A DNA stretch of 64,000 nucleotides from Hyalangium minutum. GTDB lineage: Bacteria > Myxococcota > Myxococcia > Myxococcales > Myxococcaceae. Location: contig NZ_JMCB01000026.1 in the NCBI RefSeq assembly GCF_000737315.1, positions 1 to 64,000 on the forward strand, read 5' to 3'. The notes below the pieces were generated by a model. It worked only from the letters and a program-made list of their open reading frames with translations. It searched no databases and was not told where the DNA came from. The position numbers and the translations under genes are program-made. Positions 36,617 to 46,273 of the stretch are shown in pieces (position 1 is the stretch's first letter; every line of letters begins with the position of its first letter).

Positions 36617-36649
36617 ACGAAGCCTCCTGAGCATTCCTAAATGGTAGAG

Positions 36650-38239
36650 CTACAGCGTCAACCGGAGCGAGCCGACGATCTGATCGTTCCGCCCGAAGTA
36701 ACCCAAGGGGCTGTAGGGCTTGCCGGCGTAGACCTCTGCCGCGAGCCCCACGCTCAGGTGCTCCGTGAAGCGCCAACCCACCCGCGGCGCGAGCACGAAG
36801 GAGCGCTGGATGGGCTCGAAGGCGCCTCGAAATCCAATCTCCCAGTCGCTTCCGCGCGGGGCATAGCGCGCCTCAGCCACCACCAGGTGAAGGAAGGCGG
36901 TCCGCGCCTCTCCCCGCGCCGTGCCGGGCTCCAGCACCACGAGCAGTTCCTCCGCTCCCATGCGGCGCACGGCGACCCCCTGCCAGGTCACCGAGTAGAG
37001 GAAGTCGGAGTCCTCCGCCTGGGAAACACCGACCACCCACGTCACCACCGGCTTGCGCAGCGGATGCAGCCGCTCGTCGAAGAACGTCTGCGCCGGGCTG
37101 AAGCCCACGTCCACATCGAACTGCGCCGGCCCCAGCAGCGCGGTCGCCTCCAGCCCGAAGACGTGCTGCCGATCGTATCGGCCCGTCACCAGCGTCTCTC
37201 CCGCGCGCAGCCGATCCTGCACGGACAGCAGGAGCGCCGCATCCGGAGTTTCCCCTCGCTGCTGAGCGCGCAGCAGGGCCTCCAACTCCGGATCCAGGCG
37301 CACCTGTGGCAGCTTTTCGTTGGCCCAGACCCACGAGCCGCCCACCCGGATGCCTCGAATCTCGGACGTCACCCGCAGGCCCACATCCCCGAGCCACGGA
37401 AACGCCTCGGGCCGCTCTGTCTCCAGAAGACGAGGCTGCAGTGCATCCTCAATGGAGGGATCCACCGTGAAGGGCAGGCTCACCCCGAGCCCCGGCTGGA
37501 AGAGCGCCTCGTCCTGCCCGAAGACGGTGTAGCGGTGCGGCGTGAAGAAGGGCACCCACGCCGCGGTGAGCGTGAGCGGCCCGACGTCCCCCAAAGCCCG
37601 AGCGGCGAAGACCGGCAGCTTCGCGTCCTCCGGCTCGGTGAGGACGAAGCTCCCACGCAGGTCTCTCGGGTTGAGGATGTCCGTAGGCGCGAAGGCCGCG
37701 TTTGCCCCAAAGGCCAGCGTCTGCTGCCCCACCCGCACGTCCACGCGGGGCGTGTAGAAGTCCAGGAACGCCTCACCGAGCGTGGGCTCGAAGAACGCCT
37801 TGCCCCGCTCCAACCCTTGCTCGGCTCCCGCGCGCCAGAGCGCCCGCCCTTCCACGAGCAGCCGCAGCGAGGGAGAGAGCTTCACATCCGTGGAGAGCGA
37901 GGCCCGCCCTTGTACGTCCACGACATGCTCGGAGAGTCCGTCACTCCGCTGGGGCTCGAAGCCAGTATCCACCCCTGCGAGCAAGCGCAGCGATCCACTC
38001 ACCTGCACGGTCGGCCCCGCAGCAGGAGCGGGCGCAGCTTCCTCCAGAGCCGGAGGAGCTGGCTCGAAGGCTTCCACCCCCTGCCCTCCTTCCACCTCCC
38101 GAGGCTTCGCCTCCGGCACGAACTCCTCGAGCGCCGCCCCACCCTCCGGAGCCTCCGGCGCGGGGGGGACCTCCTCCTGCCCAAAAGCCCGCGAACTCCC
38201 ACACAGGAGCGCCAGGCCGAGTGCGAGTCCTCGGATCAA
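36650..38239 (-). CDS. Hypothetical outer-membrane protein (DUF1302-like barrel)
   Basis: Signal peptide (AFG|Q); LGEAFLD...DVRVGQQ...G....F.PTD.LNPRD motif; ends LRLTL; TTG start overlaps the upstream stop. Confidence 0.75.
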   Translation of the reverse strand: MIRGLALGLALLCGSSRAFGQEEVPPAPEAPEGGAALEEFVPEAKPREVEGGQGVEAFEPAPPALEEAAPAPAAGPTVQVSGSLRLLAGVDTGFEPQRSDGLSEHVVDVQGRASLSTDVKLSPSLRLLVEGRALWRAGAEQGLERGKAFFEPTLGEAFLDFYTPRVDVRVGQQTLAFGANAAFAPTDILNPRDLRGSFVLTEPEDAKLPVFAARALGDVGPLTLTAAWVPFFTPHRYTVFGQDEALFQPGLGVSLPFTVDPSIEDALQPRLLETERPEAFPWLGDVGLRVTSEIRGIRVGGSWVWANEKLPQVRLDPELEALLRAQQRGETPDAALLLSVQDRLRAGETLVTGRYDRQHVFGLEATALLGPAQFDVDVGFSPAQTFFDERLHPLRKPVVTWVVGVSQAEDSDFLYSVTWQGVAVRRMGAEELLVVLEPGTARGEARTAFLHLVVAEARYAPRGSDWEIGFRGAFEPIQRSFVLAPRVGWRFTEHLSVGLAAEVYAGKPYSPLGYFGRNDQIVGSLRLTL

Positions 38240-39018
38240 CCGCGCTCGAGCGCCCGCTCGGTGAAGGCTTCGTCACCGGGCTGCGCCTCCTCGAGCTGAA
38301 GGACCTCGAGCGTCGTCACGGAGCCCGTCTGCAGGTTCTCCATGGACGCCTTGGCCGCGATGACCCGGTCCTTGAACTTCTTGAGCGACGCCGCCCGGTA
38401 CACTTTGAAGGGCTTGCCCTCCTTGTCGGTGTACTCGACCTGCGTGGGCACGTAGGTCTCCTGATCCACGAAGACCTTCACCTCACCATAAGGAGAGTCC
38501 GCTCCCGCCTTGCCCACCAGTACCCAGGCGAGCCGATCCAGCACCTTGGACTCGCCCACCTTCTTCATCACGTCGTCGCTCTCGCCGCCCGTGCCGCCCA
38601 GGTCCGCGTAGGAGAAGTCCGTGTCCATGAAGGACTGCCCTCGCTGCGTGCGCGCCACCTTCCGCACCCGCTTGAGCTTCGGCAGATACAAGGAGATCTC
38701 CGCCCCCTCGCCCTTGGCTCCTTCCACCGTGAGCAGCGCCACCCCCGCCACTCCCGCAGGCTGGAGGAAGCGCACGAGCGAGTGCGTCTTATCCCCGATC
38801 TTCTTCGCCGAGCTGGTGACAACCTGCTCCTTGCTCTTGCCGTCCTTGCTCGCGGTCGTGAGCTTGAGCTGGGCGCTCAAGCCCAGCAGGTTGAGCGCGC
38901 CACGCTCACGGCTCTTCCGGGCGATATCCGCCGCGGACTCCTCGGCGAGCGCCGGGAGAACGGCCAGCAGGGCCAAGGCCAGAACGACACGCAACAGCGA
39001 GGGCTGGATCTTCCACAT
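38236..39018 (-). CDS. Outer-membrane lipoprotein-sorting (LolA-like) protein
   Basis: Signal peptide (ALA|E); LVRFLQPAGVAG.ALL, LYLP.LKRVRK, SFMDTDFSYADL. Confidence 0.88.
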   Translation of the reverse strand: MWKIQPSLLRVVLALALLAVLPALAEESAADIARKSRERGALNLLGLSAQLKLTTASKDGKSKEQVVTSSAKKIGDKTHSLVRFLQPAGVAGVALLTVEGAKGEGAEISLYLPKLKRVRKVARTQRGQSFMDTDFSYADLGGTGGESDDVMKKVGESKVLDRLAWVLVGKAGADSPYGEVKVFVDQETYVPTQVEYTDKEGKPFKVYRAASLKKFKDRVIAAKASMENLQTGSVTTLEVLQLEEAQPGDEAFTERALERG

Positions 39019-39028
39019 GGCCGGGACT

Positions 39029-40627
39029 CTACCGGCCTCCCGCCTTCACCGTCGCGCGCAACGCGGCCTCCGCTGCTCGCAGCCTCGGATCCTGCGGAGC
39101 CACGCGCCGGGCCTCCTCCAGCCGCGCCAGCGCCCGCTCGGTGTCCCCCCGGGCCAGCTCGCACCGCACGCCCGCCTCCAGCGCTCCCGTCTCCGAGGGC
39201 CCATACACCCGCGCCTCCTCCGCCGCGTGGCAGCCCTCCTCCACGTGGCCCGACTCGAGGAACGCCCGCGCCAGCTCCACCCGCGTCGCCACCTGCGAGG
39301 GCGCCAGCCGCACGGCCTCGCGCAGCGGCTCCACCGCCTCCGCCGGCCGCCCCCACCGCCTCAGCGCCGAGCCCAGCTGCGCCAGCGGCTCGCTCGCCCC
39401 CGGCACGAGCAGCGCCCGCGCCCGCGCCTCGCGCAACATCGACGGCTCCTCCAGCCGCAGCTCCGCCACCATCCGCTCCACCACCCGCCTATACCGGGGA
39501 AAGCGCCCAGGCCACGTGAACACGAGCTGGTACACGAACTCCCCGCGCGGCACGAACAGCGCTCGCAGGTGCGTCACCCCGTCCGCGCCCTGCAGCTCCG
39601 CCTGCACCTCCTGCGCGGGACCACCGCTCACCCACGCGGGCCTCGGCCCCCGCACCTTCACAGGCCGACCCTCGGGGAGCACCGCCTCGGCGGCCAGCGC
39701 CGACTCCTGAAAGTGCACCGCCTGCAGCCCGCCGTCCCCGGGCTCGCCGGTCTGGATGGCCTCCGCCACGAAGGTGGCGCGCCCCAGCCCCGGCAACCCA
39801 TTGGAGAAGGCCAGCCGCCCGAGCCGATCCGCCCCCTGGCGCCAGCTCGACGGCATCGCCACCGACACACCGAACACGTCATCCCGCTCCACGCGCCACG
39901 TCGAGCGCCCGAGCACCCCCAACCCCGCCACCACCACCGCCACCGCCACCACGCTCCCGGCGCGCAGCCACTCCGCGCTCCTCGGCTCGCCCGCCGTCAG
40001 CCTCCTGGGCACCACGAAGAGCCCCACCAGCAGCCCCGAGCAGAACCCACCCAGGTGCCCTGCGTTGTCCACGCCCACCGACGTCCACCCCATCCACAGG
40101 AACACGAGCACCGTGGGCAGCACGCCCTCCCCTGCCATCCGCCGCGCCATCGGCGACAACACCGCGCGGTACCGGCGCCCCAGCACAATGAGCGCCCCCA
40201 CGCAGCCGTACGCCATGCCCGAGGCGCCCACGCTCACCTCCTCGGCCCACAAGAGAGAGCTCGTCATCGTCGCCAGCCCCGCCGCCACCAGCAGCGCCGC
40301 GTACTCGAGCCGTCGCCACGCTCCCTCCAGCACCGAGCCAGCCGCCACCAGCACCAGCAGGTTGAGCCCCAGGTGCGCCGCGTCCCGATGCAGGAAGTTC
40401 GCGGTCAGCAGCCGCCAGGACTCTCCCGCCTCCGTCATCAGCGGCCCCACCTTCGCTCCAAAGCGGACCATCGCATCCACATCGAGCGGACCCGCCGCGG
40501 CCGTCCTCACGTAGACGGCCAGCTGCACCCCCACCAGCCCCAGCGTCACCCACGGCAACCGCCCGAGCGGCCCTCGGGACTCGGGCGCTGATCGCGCGTC
40601 TTCGGAGCCGGGCGGAGGCACACTCAT
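39029..40627 (-). CDS. Rhomboid intramembrane serine protease with C-terminal TPR region
   Basis: WRLLTANFLH, HLGLN, VGASG (catalytic Ser), NAGHLGG (catalytic His); TPR-like helices at the C-terminus. Confidence 0.92.
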   Translation of the reverse strand: MSVPPPGSEDARSAPESRGPLGRLPWVTLGLVGVQLAVYVRTAAAGPLDVDAMVRFGAKVGPLMTEAGESWRLLTANFLHRDAAHLGLNLLVLVAAGSVLEGAWRRLEYAALLVAAGLATMTSSLLWAEEVSVGASGMAYGCVGALIVLGRRYRAVLSPMARRMAGEGVLPTVLVFLWMGWTSVGVDNAGHLGGFCSGLLVGLFVVPRRLTAGEPRSAEWLRAGSVVAVAVVVAGLGVLGRSTWRVERDDVFGVSVAMPSSWRQGADRLGRLAFSNGLPGLGRATFVAEAIQTGEPGDGGLQAVHFQESALAAEAVLPEGRPVKVRGPRPAWVSGGPAQEVQAELQGADGVTHLRALFVPRGEFVYQLVFTWPGRFPRYRRVVERMVAELRLEEPSMLREARARALLVPGASEPLAQLGSALRRWGRPAEAVEPLREAVRLAPSQVATRVELARAFLESGHVEEGCHAAEEARVYGPSETGALEAGVRCELARGDTERALARLEEARRVAPQDPRLRAAEAALRATVKAGGR

Positions 40628-40800
40628 ACGGGTAGGTGATCCTCCTGCCGCCCTCTGAAGATTGCCTGATCGGCCACCTGTCCGATGGACAACGGTGCCG
40701 ACTTCCCCTCACTCGGTCTGAAAACCGCTGTCATTTTCGGGGGATGCATGCCTTGTAACGGTTCCGCCCCTTCTGCTATAGCTGTAAGCGGATCTGACCC

Positions 40801-42546
40801 GTGCTGAAGCTCATCATCGAAGACGACGAGGGGCGCAAGACCGTTGTTCCCTTCGTGCGCGAAGAGATCACGATCGGCCGTCAGGAAGGCAACACCATCC
40901 GCCTGACGGAACGAAACGTGTCCCGCCGCCACGCTCGCCTCATGCGCCAGAACGGGCATGTTGTGGTGGAGGATCTGGGCAGTTCCAACGGCACTCGCAT
41001 CAACGGCGAGCGCATCAGCGGCCAGTCGACCGTCAAGGACGGCGATCTGATCCAGATCGGTGACTACGATCTGGCGCTGCAGAGCGACGTGGCTGCCGCC
41101 GCGCGTCCTCAGCGCACCGTGACAGCCGAGCTCGCGCCGGAGGAGATGGAGTCCTCCGCCGCCGAGGCCGAGACGGAGGCCGAGTCGCCCATCGCGGAGC
41201 AGGGCGAGGGAGATGAGGAAGAGTCTCCCGCCCCGCCCACCGCCGAGCAGCGCCGACACTCCACCGCCATCATCAAGATGGACCAGGTGGAGGGCAACCG
41301 CGCCCGCAAGGTGCAGGATCTCGATGCCGAGGACGCGCCCCGCCTGGTGGTGCTCAGCTCCGAGTTCAAGGGCCAGGAGTACTCCTGCATCCGGACCGAG
41401 ATGAAGATCGGCCGGACGGAAGACAACGACATCGTCATCGACCACCGCTCGCTGTCGCGCACACACGCCAAGCTGGTGCGCGAGGAGAGCGGCGAGTGGC
41501 GCATCCTGGACATGCAGTCGGCCAACGGGATGACGGTCAACGGCGAGCCGTACGCCCAGTCCTCGCTGAACAACGGCGACACCATCGAGCTGGGCCACGT
41601 GAAGCTGCGCTTCATTGGCGCGGGCGAATCGGCCAGCGCGGTCAGCGCGGGTGGCCGGTCCAAGCTGCCCCTGGTTGCGGCGTTCGTGGCGCTCCTCCTC
41701 ATTGTGGGCGGCGCCGCCTTCTTCTTGCTCAAGCCGAGCAACCCGGGTCCCGTGCAGCCAACGCCGGGCCCCGTGGCGCAGCCTCCGAATCCCGACCCGG
41801 AGCCCACCGACACCGCCGCCGCGGATCCGGCGAAGCGGCTGGCCGAGCGCATCCAGGAGGCGCAGAAGTACTTCGACGACAACAACCTGGAGCGGGCCGA
41901 GGACGCTCTGAACAACACCCGGAACCCGGACGGCACCTGGCCCCCCGAGGCGCAGAAGCTGGCCGGGCAGATCGCCGACGAGCGCAAGGCCGGTGACATG
42001 GTCGCCGAGGCCAAGCGCGCCTTCGAGGATCAGCGCTACGACGAGGCGGAGAAGCTGCTGAAGGAGGCCAAGGACTCCACCATCTTCGGCGTGGAGCGGG
42101 ATCAGCTGCTCAACCGCATCGAGGAGGCGCGCAAGGCGGCTGCCGCCAAGCCGGAGACGGGCACCCCGCCCGCGCCGGTGGCCACGCCCACCCCCACGCC
42201 CCCGCCCGCGGCGACGCCTACGCCTACGCCCAAGCCTCCTCCGACTCAGCAGGCGGCCGTCAACCGCGAGGAAGAGGCGGCCACCGCGCGGGAAGACGCT
42301 AGGAAGCTGATCATCAAAAAGCAGTTCCCAGAAGCGCGCAACCGGGCTTCCCGGTGCCTCGAGCTGACGCCGGCCGACGCCGACTGCCAGCTGCTCAAGG
42401 GCCTGAGCTACGCCCACGAGAACCAGTGGACCGTCGCCACTCCCTTCCTCAAGCGCTTCCTGGAGCTGGCACCGGACCACAAGCTCGCACCGAAGATCCG
42501 GGACAGTCTCAAGCGCCTGGAAGAGACAGACAACTCAGGCAAGTAA
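40801..42546 (+). CDS. Double-FHA-domain transmembrane protein with TPR-like C-terminus
   Basis: IGRQEGN...VSRRHA...DLGSSNGT and IGRTEDN...LSRTHA...DMQSANG; TM segment; Pro/Thr linkers; helical repeats. Confidence 0.9.
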   Translation: MLKLIIEDDEGRKTVVPFVREEITIGRQEGNTIRLTERNVSRRHARLMRQNGHVVVEDLGSSNGTRINGERISGQSTVKDGDLIQIGDYDLALQSDVAAAARPQRTVTAELAPEEMESSAAEAETEAESPIAEQGEGDEEESPAPPTAEQRRHSTAIIKMDQVEGNRARKVQDLDAEDAPRLVVLSSEFKGQEYSCIRTEMKIGRTEDNDIVIDHRSLSRTHAKLVREESGEWRILDMQSANGMTVNGEPYAQSSLNNGDTIELGHVKLRFIGAGESASAVSAGGRSKLPLVAAFVALLLIVGGAAFFLLKPSNPGPVQPTPGPVAQPPNPDPEPTDTAAADPAKRLAERIQEAQKYFDDNNLERAEDALNNTRNPDGTWPPEAQKLAGQIADERKAGDMVAEAKRAFEDQRYDEAEKLLKEAKDSTIFGVERDQLLNRIEEARKAAAAKPETGTPPAPVATPTPTPPPAATPTPTPKPPPTQQAAVNREEEAATAREDARKLIIKKQFPEARNRASRCLELTPADADCQLLKGLSYAHENQWTVATPFLKRFLELAPDHKLAPKIRDSLKRLEETDNSGK

Positions 42547-42580
42547 CCGAGGTCCCCACCCGCAGCAGCGAGGAGAGGCT

Positions 42581-43174
42581 GTGCAGATTCGCATCTTGGT
42601 GGTCGATGATGAGCAGGACAACTGCGACTACCTGAAGCTGGTGCTGACCCGCGAGGGCTATGAGGTCGTCACCACGACGGATCCCACCCAGACGGTGGAC
42701 ATCCTGCGAGGGTCCGACTTCCACCTCGTCATCCTGGACATGATGATGCCGCAGATGTCCGGGACCGAGGTGCTGGAGCTGATTCGCAAGTACGACACGG
42801 ACATCGCCGTGATTGTCGCCACGGCGTACCCCACGGTGGACACGGCGGTGGCCTCGCTCAAGGCGCAGGCTTCCGACTACGTGAAGAAGCCGATGGAGCC
42901 GGATCAGTTCATCAGCGCCGTGCGCAACGCCCTGCAGAAGAAGGGCCTGTCGCAGGATCCCGAGGCGGACCTGCACCGCGCCATCGGCCGCGTCATCCGC
43001 GACGCGCGCAAGACGCAGGAGCTCACGCTCAAGCAGCTCGCGCGCCGCACCGGCCTGTCCGTGTCGCTGCTGTCCCAGATCGAGCGCGCCGAGTCCTCGG
43101 CGTCCATCTCGTCGCTCTACAAGATCGCCTCCGCGCTGCAGCTGCGCATGGGCGAGCTGTTCGGCGACACCTGA
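42581..43174 (+). CDS. digR: Response regulator with XRE-family HTH (DigR-like)
   Basis: Receiver domain (VVDDE, ILDMMMP, ATA, KKP) plus IRDARKTQELTLKQLARRTGLSVSLLSQIER. Architecture and position near ftsZ match M. xanthus DigR (recalled). Confidence 0.8.
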   Translation: MQIRILVVDDEQDNCDYLKLVLTREGYEVVTTTDPTQTVDILRGSDFHLVILDMMMPQMSGTEVLELIRKYDTDIAVIVATAYPTVDTAVASLKAQASDYVKKPMEPDQFISAVRNALQKKGLSQDPEADLHRAIGRVIRDARKTQELTLKQLARRTGLSVSLLSQIERAESSASISSLYKIASALQLRMGELFGDT

Positions 43175-43180
43175 GCCGCG

Positions 43181-43954
43181 CTAGCGGCCCTTGAAGGCGG
43201 GCGGGCGTTTCTCCAGGAACGCCGCCCTGCCCTCCTTGGCGTCCTCGCTGGCGAAGGCGGCGGCCCGCAGGGACCGAGCCCGCGCGCGCTCCTCTTCCCC
43301 GAGCGCCGGCCGCCCCAGCAGCCCGAACACCTCCTTCATCCCCGCCACCGCCAGCGGCGCGTGCGAGGCCAGCGTCTGGCACAGCTGAAGCGCGTGCGCC
43401 TCGGCCTCCTGCGCGGGAAGGCATGCGTCCAGCAAGCCCCAGTCGAGCGCCGTCTCTCCGTCCAGCTTGCGCGCGGTGAGGAAGAGCGAGCGGGCCCGGG
43501 CCAGCCCCACCAGCCGCGTGGCGCGCGCCATGCCGTCCAGCGAGTACACCAGGCCCAGGCGCGCCGGCGGCATGCAGAAGACGGTCTCTGGAGTGCCCAC
43601 GCGGAAGTCGCAGGAGCTGGCGAGATCGAACCCCGCGCCGAAGGCTGCGCCCTGCACCAGCGCCACGCTGGGCACCGGGTGGCGCTCCAGGCGCGAGAGG
43701 AACGCCATCAGCGGCTCGTCCGGCAAGCGCCCGTCCGAGGCCGGAGGCCCCAGGTGCGTCAAGTCATAGCCGGAGCAGAAGGTGCCCCCCGCCCCGCGCA
43801 CCAGGAAGGCGCGAATGGCAGGAGGCGGAGAGAGCGCCGCATCCAGCAACCCCAGGAGGCGATCATCCAGCGCGTTCTTCCGCGCCGGGTTGGACAGGGT
43901 AAGCACGCGGACGCCGTCCGCGCGGTCCTCCACCTCCACCGTGGGCTGCTGCAT
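43181..43954 (-). CDS. Crotonase-fold protein (enoyl-CoA hydratase family; resembles methylmalonyl-CoA decarboxylase)
   Basis: RKNAL, FCSGYDL, GAAFGAG, MPPARLGL, EDAKEGRAAFLEKR. Confidence 0.9.
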   Translation of the reverse strand: MQQPTVEVEDRADGVRVLTLSNPARKNALDDRLLGLLDAALSPPPAIRAFLVRGAGGTFCSGYDLTHLGPPASDGRLPDEPLMAFLSRLERHPVPSVALVQGAAFGAGFDLASSCDFRVGTPETVFCMPPARLGLVYSLDGMARATRLVGLARARSLFLTARKLDGETALDWGLLDACLPAQEAEAHALQLCQTLASHAPLAVAGMKEVFGLLGRPALGEEERARARSLRAAAFASEDAKEGRAAFLEKRPPAFKGR

Positions 43955-43970
43955 GGCCGTGGTTCCTTGG

Positions 43971-44183
43971 CTAGCCGAGCACCACGAGGACGTCGCCCTC
44001 GGTGACCGGCTGGGCCTCCTTGCAGCGAACCTCCTTCACCGTGCCGCCTTCGGTGGCCTCCACCGGCATCTCCATCTTCATGGACTCGAGGATGACGAGG
44101 GTTTGGCCCGGCTCCACCTTATCGCCCACCTTCACCTCGATCTTCCACACGGTCCCGGTGATGTGCGCCGCCACGTCCGCCAT
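43971..44183 (-). CDS. Stand-alone biotin carboxyl carrier protein (70 aa)
   Basis: ILESMKMEMPV biotinylation motif. Confidence 0.92.
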   Translation of the reverse strand: MADVAAHITGTVWKIEVKVGDKVEPGQTLVILESMKMEMPVEATEGGTVKEVRCKEAQPVTEGDVLVVLG

Positions 44184-44246
44184 ACGGTGTTGCCTCCTCG
44201 CGCGCGTCGAGCGCCGAAGTTGGAAGGGTTGCCTGCCGCGCGCAGC

Positions 44247-45596
44247 CTACGGCTTCGCGTGGTTCTCCAGGAAGCGCGTATCGAGCTGCCCCGCCTGGAA
44301 CGCCGCGTCCCGGAGGATGCGCAGGTGCAGGGGGATGTTCGTCTTGATGCCCTCGATGCGGAAGCTCTCCAGCGCCGCGATGGAGCGCTGGATGGCCTCC
44401 GCCCGCGTGGCGCCCGACACGATGAGCTTGGCGATCATCGGGTCGTAGTTCGGAGTGACGGTGTTGCCCTCGGCGTAGCCCGAGTCCAGGCGCACGCCCT
44501 CGCCCGTGGGTGGCACGAACACCTTGAGCGGCCCAGGCGACGGGAAGAACTTCACCGGATCCTCCGCGTAGATGCGGAACTCGAGCGCCGCCCCGCGCCG
44601 CTTCACGTCCTCTTGGCGCACGGTGAGCTTCTCGCCGGCCGCGATGCGCAGCTGCCAGCCGATGAGATCCAGCCCCGTGGTCAGCTCCGTCACCGGGTGC
44701 TCCACCTGGAGCCGGGCGTTCATCTCGATGAAGTAGACGTTGCCGTCCGAGTACAGGAACTCCACCGTGCCCGCGTTCGCGTAGCCGAAGGCCTTGGCCG
44801 CCGTCACCGCTGCAGTGAACAGCTGCTGCGCCAGCTCCGCGTTCTTCCCATCCGCGAACAGCGGCGAGGGCGCCTCCTCCACCACCTTCTGGTGGCGCCG
44901 CTGGATGGAGCACTCGCGCTCCAGGCAGTGGATGAGGTGGCCGTGGTTATCGCCGAGGATCTGCACCTCGATGTGGCGCGGCGCCGGGAAGTAGCGCTCC
45001 AGGTACACGCCCTCGCGCCCGAAGGCCGCCTTCGCGCGGTCCGTGCATTGGCGGAACACCTTCTCCAGCTCGGCCGGGTCCTTCGCCGCGGCCATGCCGA
45101 TGCCGCCGCCACCGCCCGCGGCCTTGCAGAGCACCGGGTAGCCGATGCGCTCGGCCGCCGACACAGCGCTGCCCACGTCCGGCAGCACGTCCTCGGTGCC
45201 CGGCACCACCGGCACGCCCGCGGCCGCCACCAGCTTGCGCGCCTGGCTCTTGTCCTTCATCCGCATCATCGCCTCGGGCGGAGGGCCCACGAAGGTGATG
45301 CCGGCCTCGGTGCAGGCGCGCGCGAACTCCGCGTTCTCCGACACGAAGCCGTAGCCCGGGTGCACGGCCTGCGCTCCCGTCTTCTTGGCCGCCTCGAGGA
45401 TGGCGGGGATGTGGAGGTAGCTGTCCTTGGCGGGCGCGGGGCCAATGCGCACCGCCTCGTCCGCCTCCTTCACGAAGGGCAGATCCGCGTCCGCATCCGA
45501 GTAGACGGCAACCGTGGAGATTCCCATGCTGCGGGCCACCGCCCCGATGCGGCGGGAAATCTCACCCCGGTTGGCAATGAGCAGTTTCTTGAACAT
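44247..45596 (-). CDS. accC: Biotin carboxylase
   Basis: MFKKLLIANRGEI, HPGYGFVSEN, KAAGGGGGIGM, ERECSIQRRHQK, EMNARLQVEHPVTE, YDPMIAKL. Confidence 0.95.
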   Translation of the reverse strand: MFKKLLIANRGEISRRIGAVARSMGISTVAVYSDADADLPFVKEADEAVRIGPAPAKDSYLHIPAILEAAKKTGAQAVHPGYGFVSENAEFARACTEAGITFVGPPPEAMMRMKDKSQARKLVAAAGVPVVPGTEDVLPDVGSAVSAAERIGYPVLCKAAGGGGGIGMAAAKDPAELEKVFRQCTDRAKAAFGREGVYLERYFPAPRHIEVQILGDNHGHLIHCLERECSIQRRHQKVVEEAPSPLFADGKNAELAQQLFTAAVTAAKAFGYANAGTVEFLYSDGNVYFIEMNARLQVEHPVTELTTGLDLIGWQLRIAAGEKLTVRQEDVKRRGAALEFRIYAEDPVKFFPSPGPLKVFVPPTGEGVRLDSGYAEGNTVTPNYDPMIAKLIVSGATRAEAIQRSIAALESFRIEGIKTNIPLHLRILRDAAFQAGQLDTRFLENHAKP

Positions 45597-45753
45597 GTCG
45601 ATACACCCCGGGTCGCGAAGGGCGGCCAACCTAACCGCCGCCCCCTGCCCTGACAAGCCACCAGCCCAGCAGCCAACACAGGCATGTACAAGGGCGTACA
45701 ACCACGTCACACCGTTGCGGTGATCCGGGCCGCTGGCGTACCTTGCCGACACC

Positions 45754-46134
45754 TTGAAGCGCAACGAGACAGGCGGCACCGGGACGGTGGTGGATCTCCA
45801 GGGAGCTCGGCGTGAGCGGAGGCTGGACCTCTATCGCGCGCGGCTCGCGGATCGCATGGCGGACAACCGCGCGATGCTGGAGACGCTGTACAAGGGTGGC
45901 ACCCTCTTCTCTCCCGAGGGCACCCGCCAGGGCCGTGCCCTGCTCAAGGCCCGCCAGCTGCTGCAGCGCGTCAACACCCTTGTGGAGCTGCTGTCCGGTG
46001 AGGGAGTGACGCCTCCGCCGCGCCTGCCCGCCCGGGTTGAGGAAGTCTACGAGGAGCTGGACACGCTGCTCGCCCGGAGCGACGCGCTGTCCGGCCGGGA
46101 TGGGGCCAGCGTGGCCCGCCTTCCCCGCAGCTAG
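45754..46134 (+). CDS. Hypothetical helical protein
   Basis: 126-aa ORF with strong GC3 bias and TTG start; no family recognised. Confidence 0.65.
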   Translation: MKRNETGGTGTVVDLQGARRERRLDLYRARLADRMADNRAMLETLYKGGTLFSPEGTRQGRALLKARQLLQRVNTLVELLSGEGVTPPPRLPARVEEVYEELDTLLARSDALSGRDGASVARLPRS

Positions 46135-46273
46135 CGAAGCGCTTCACGTGGGCGAACCGCCCCCTATACCCCTGGCTCCGGGGGAAGGGGGCCCACTCGA
46201 AGCGGTTGGCGTAAGCTACCGGCTCGCCGGTGCCCCAGCGGACTCCCCCCACTGGCGTGGCCTCGAGAATTTC

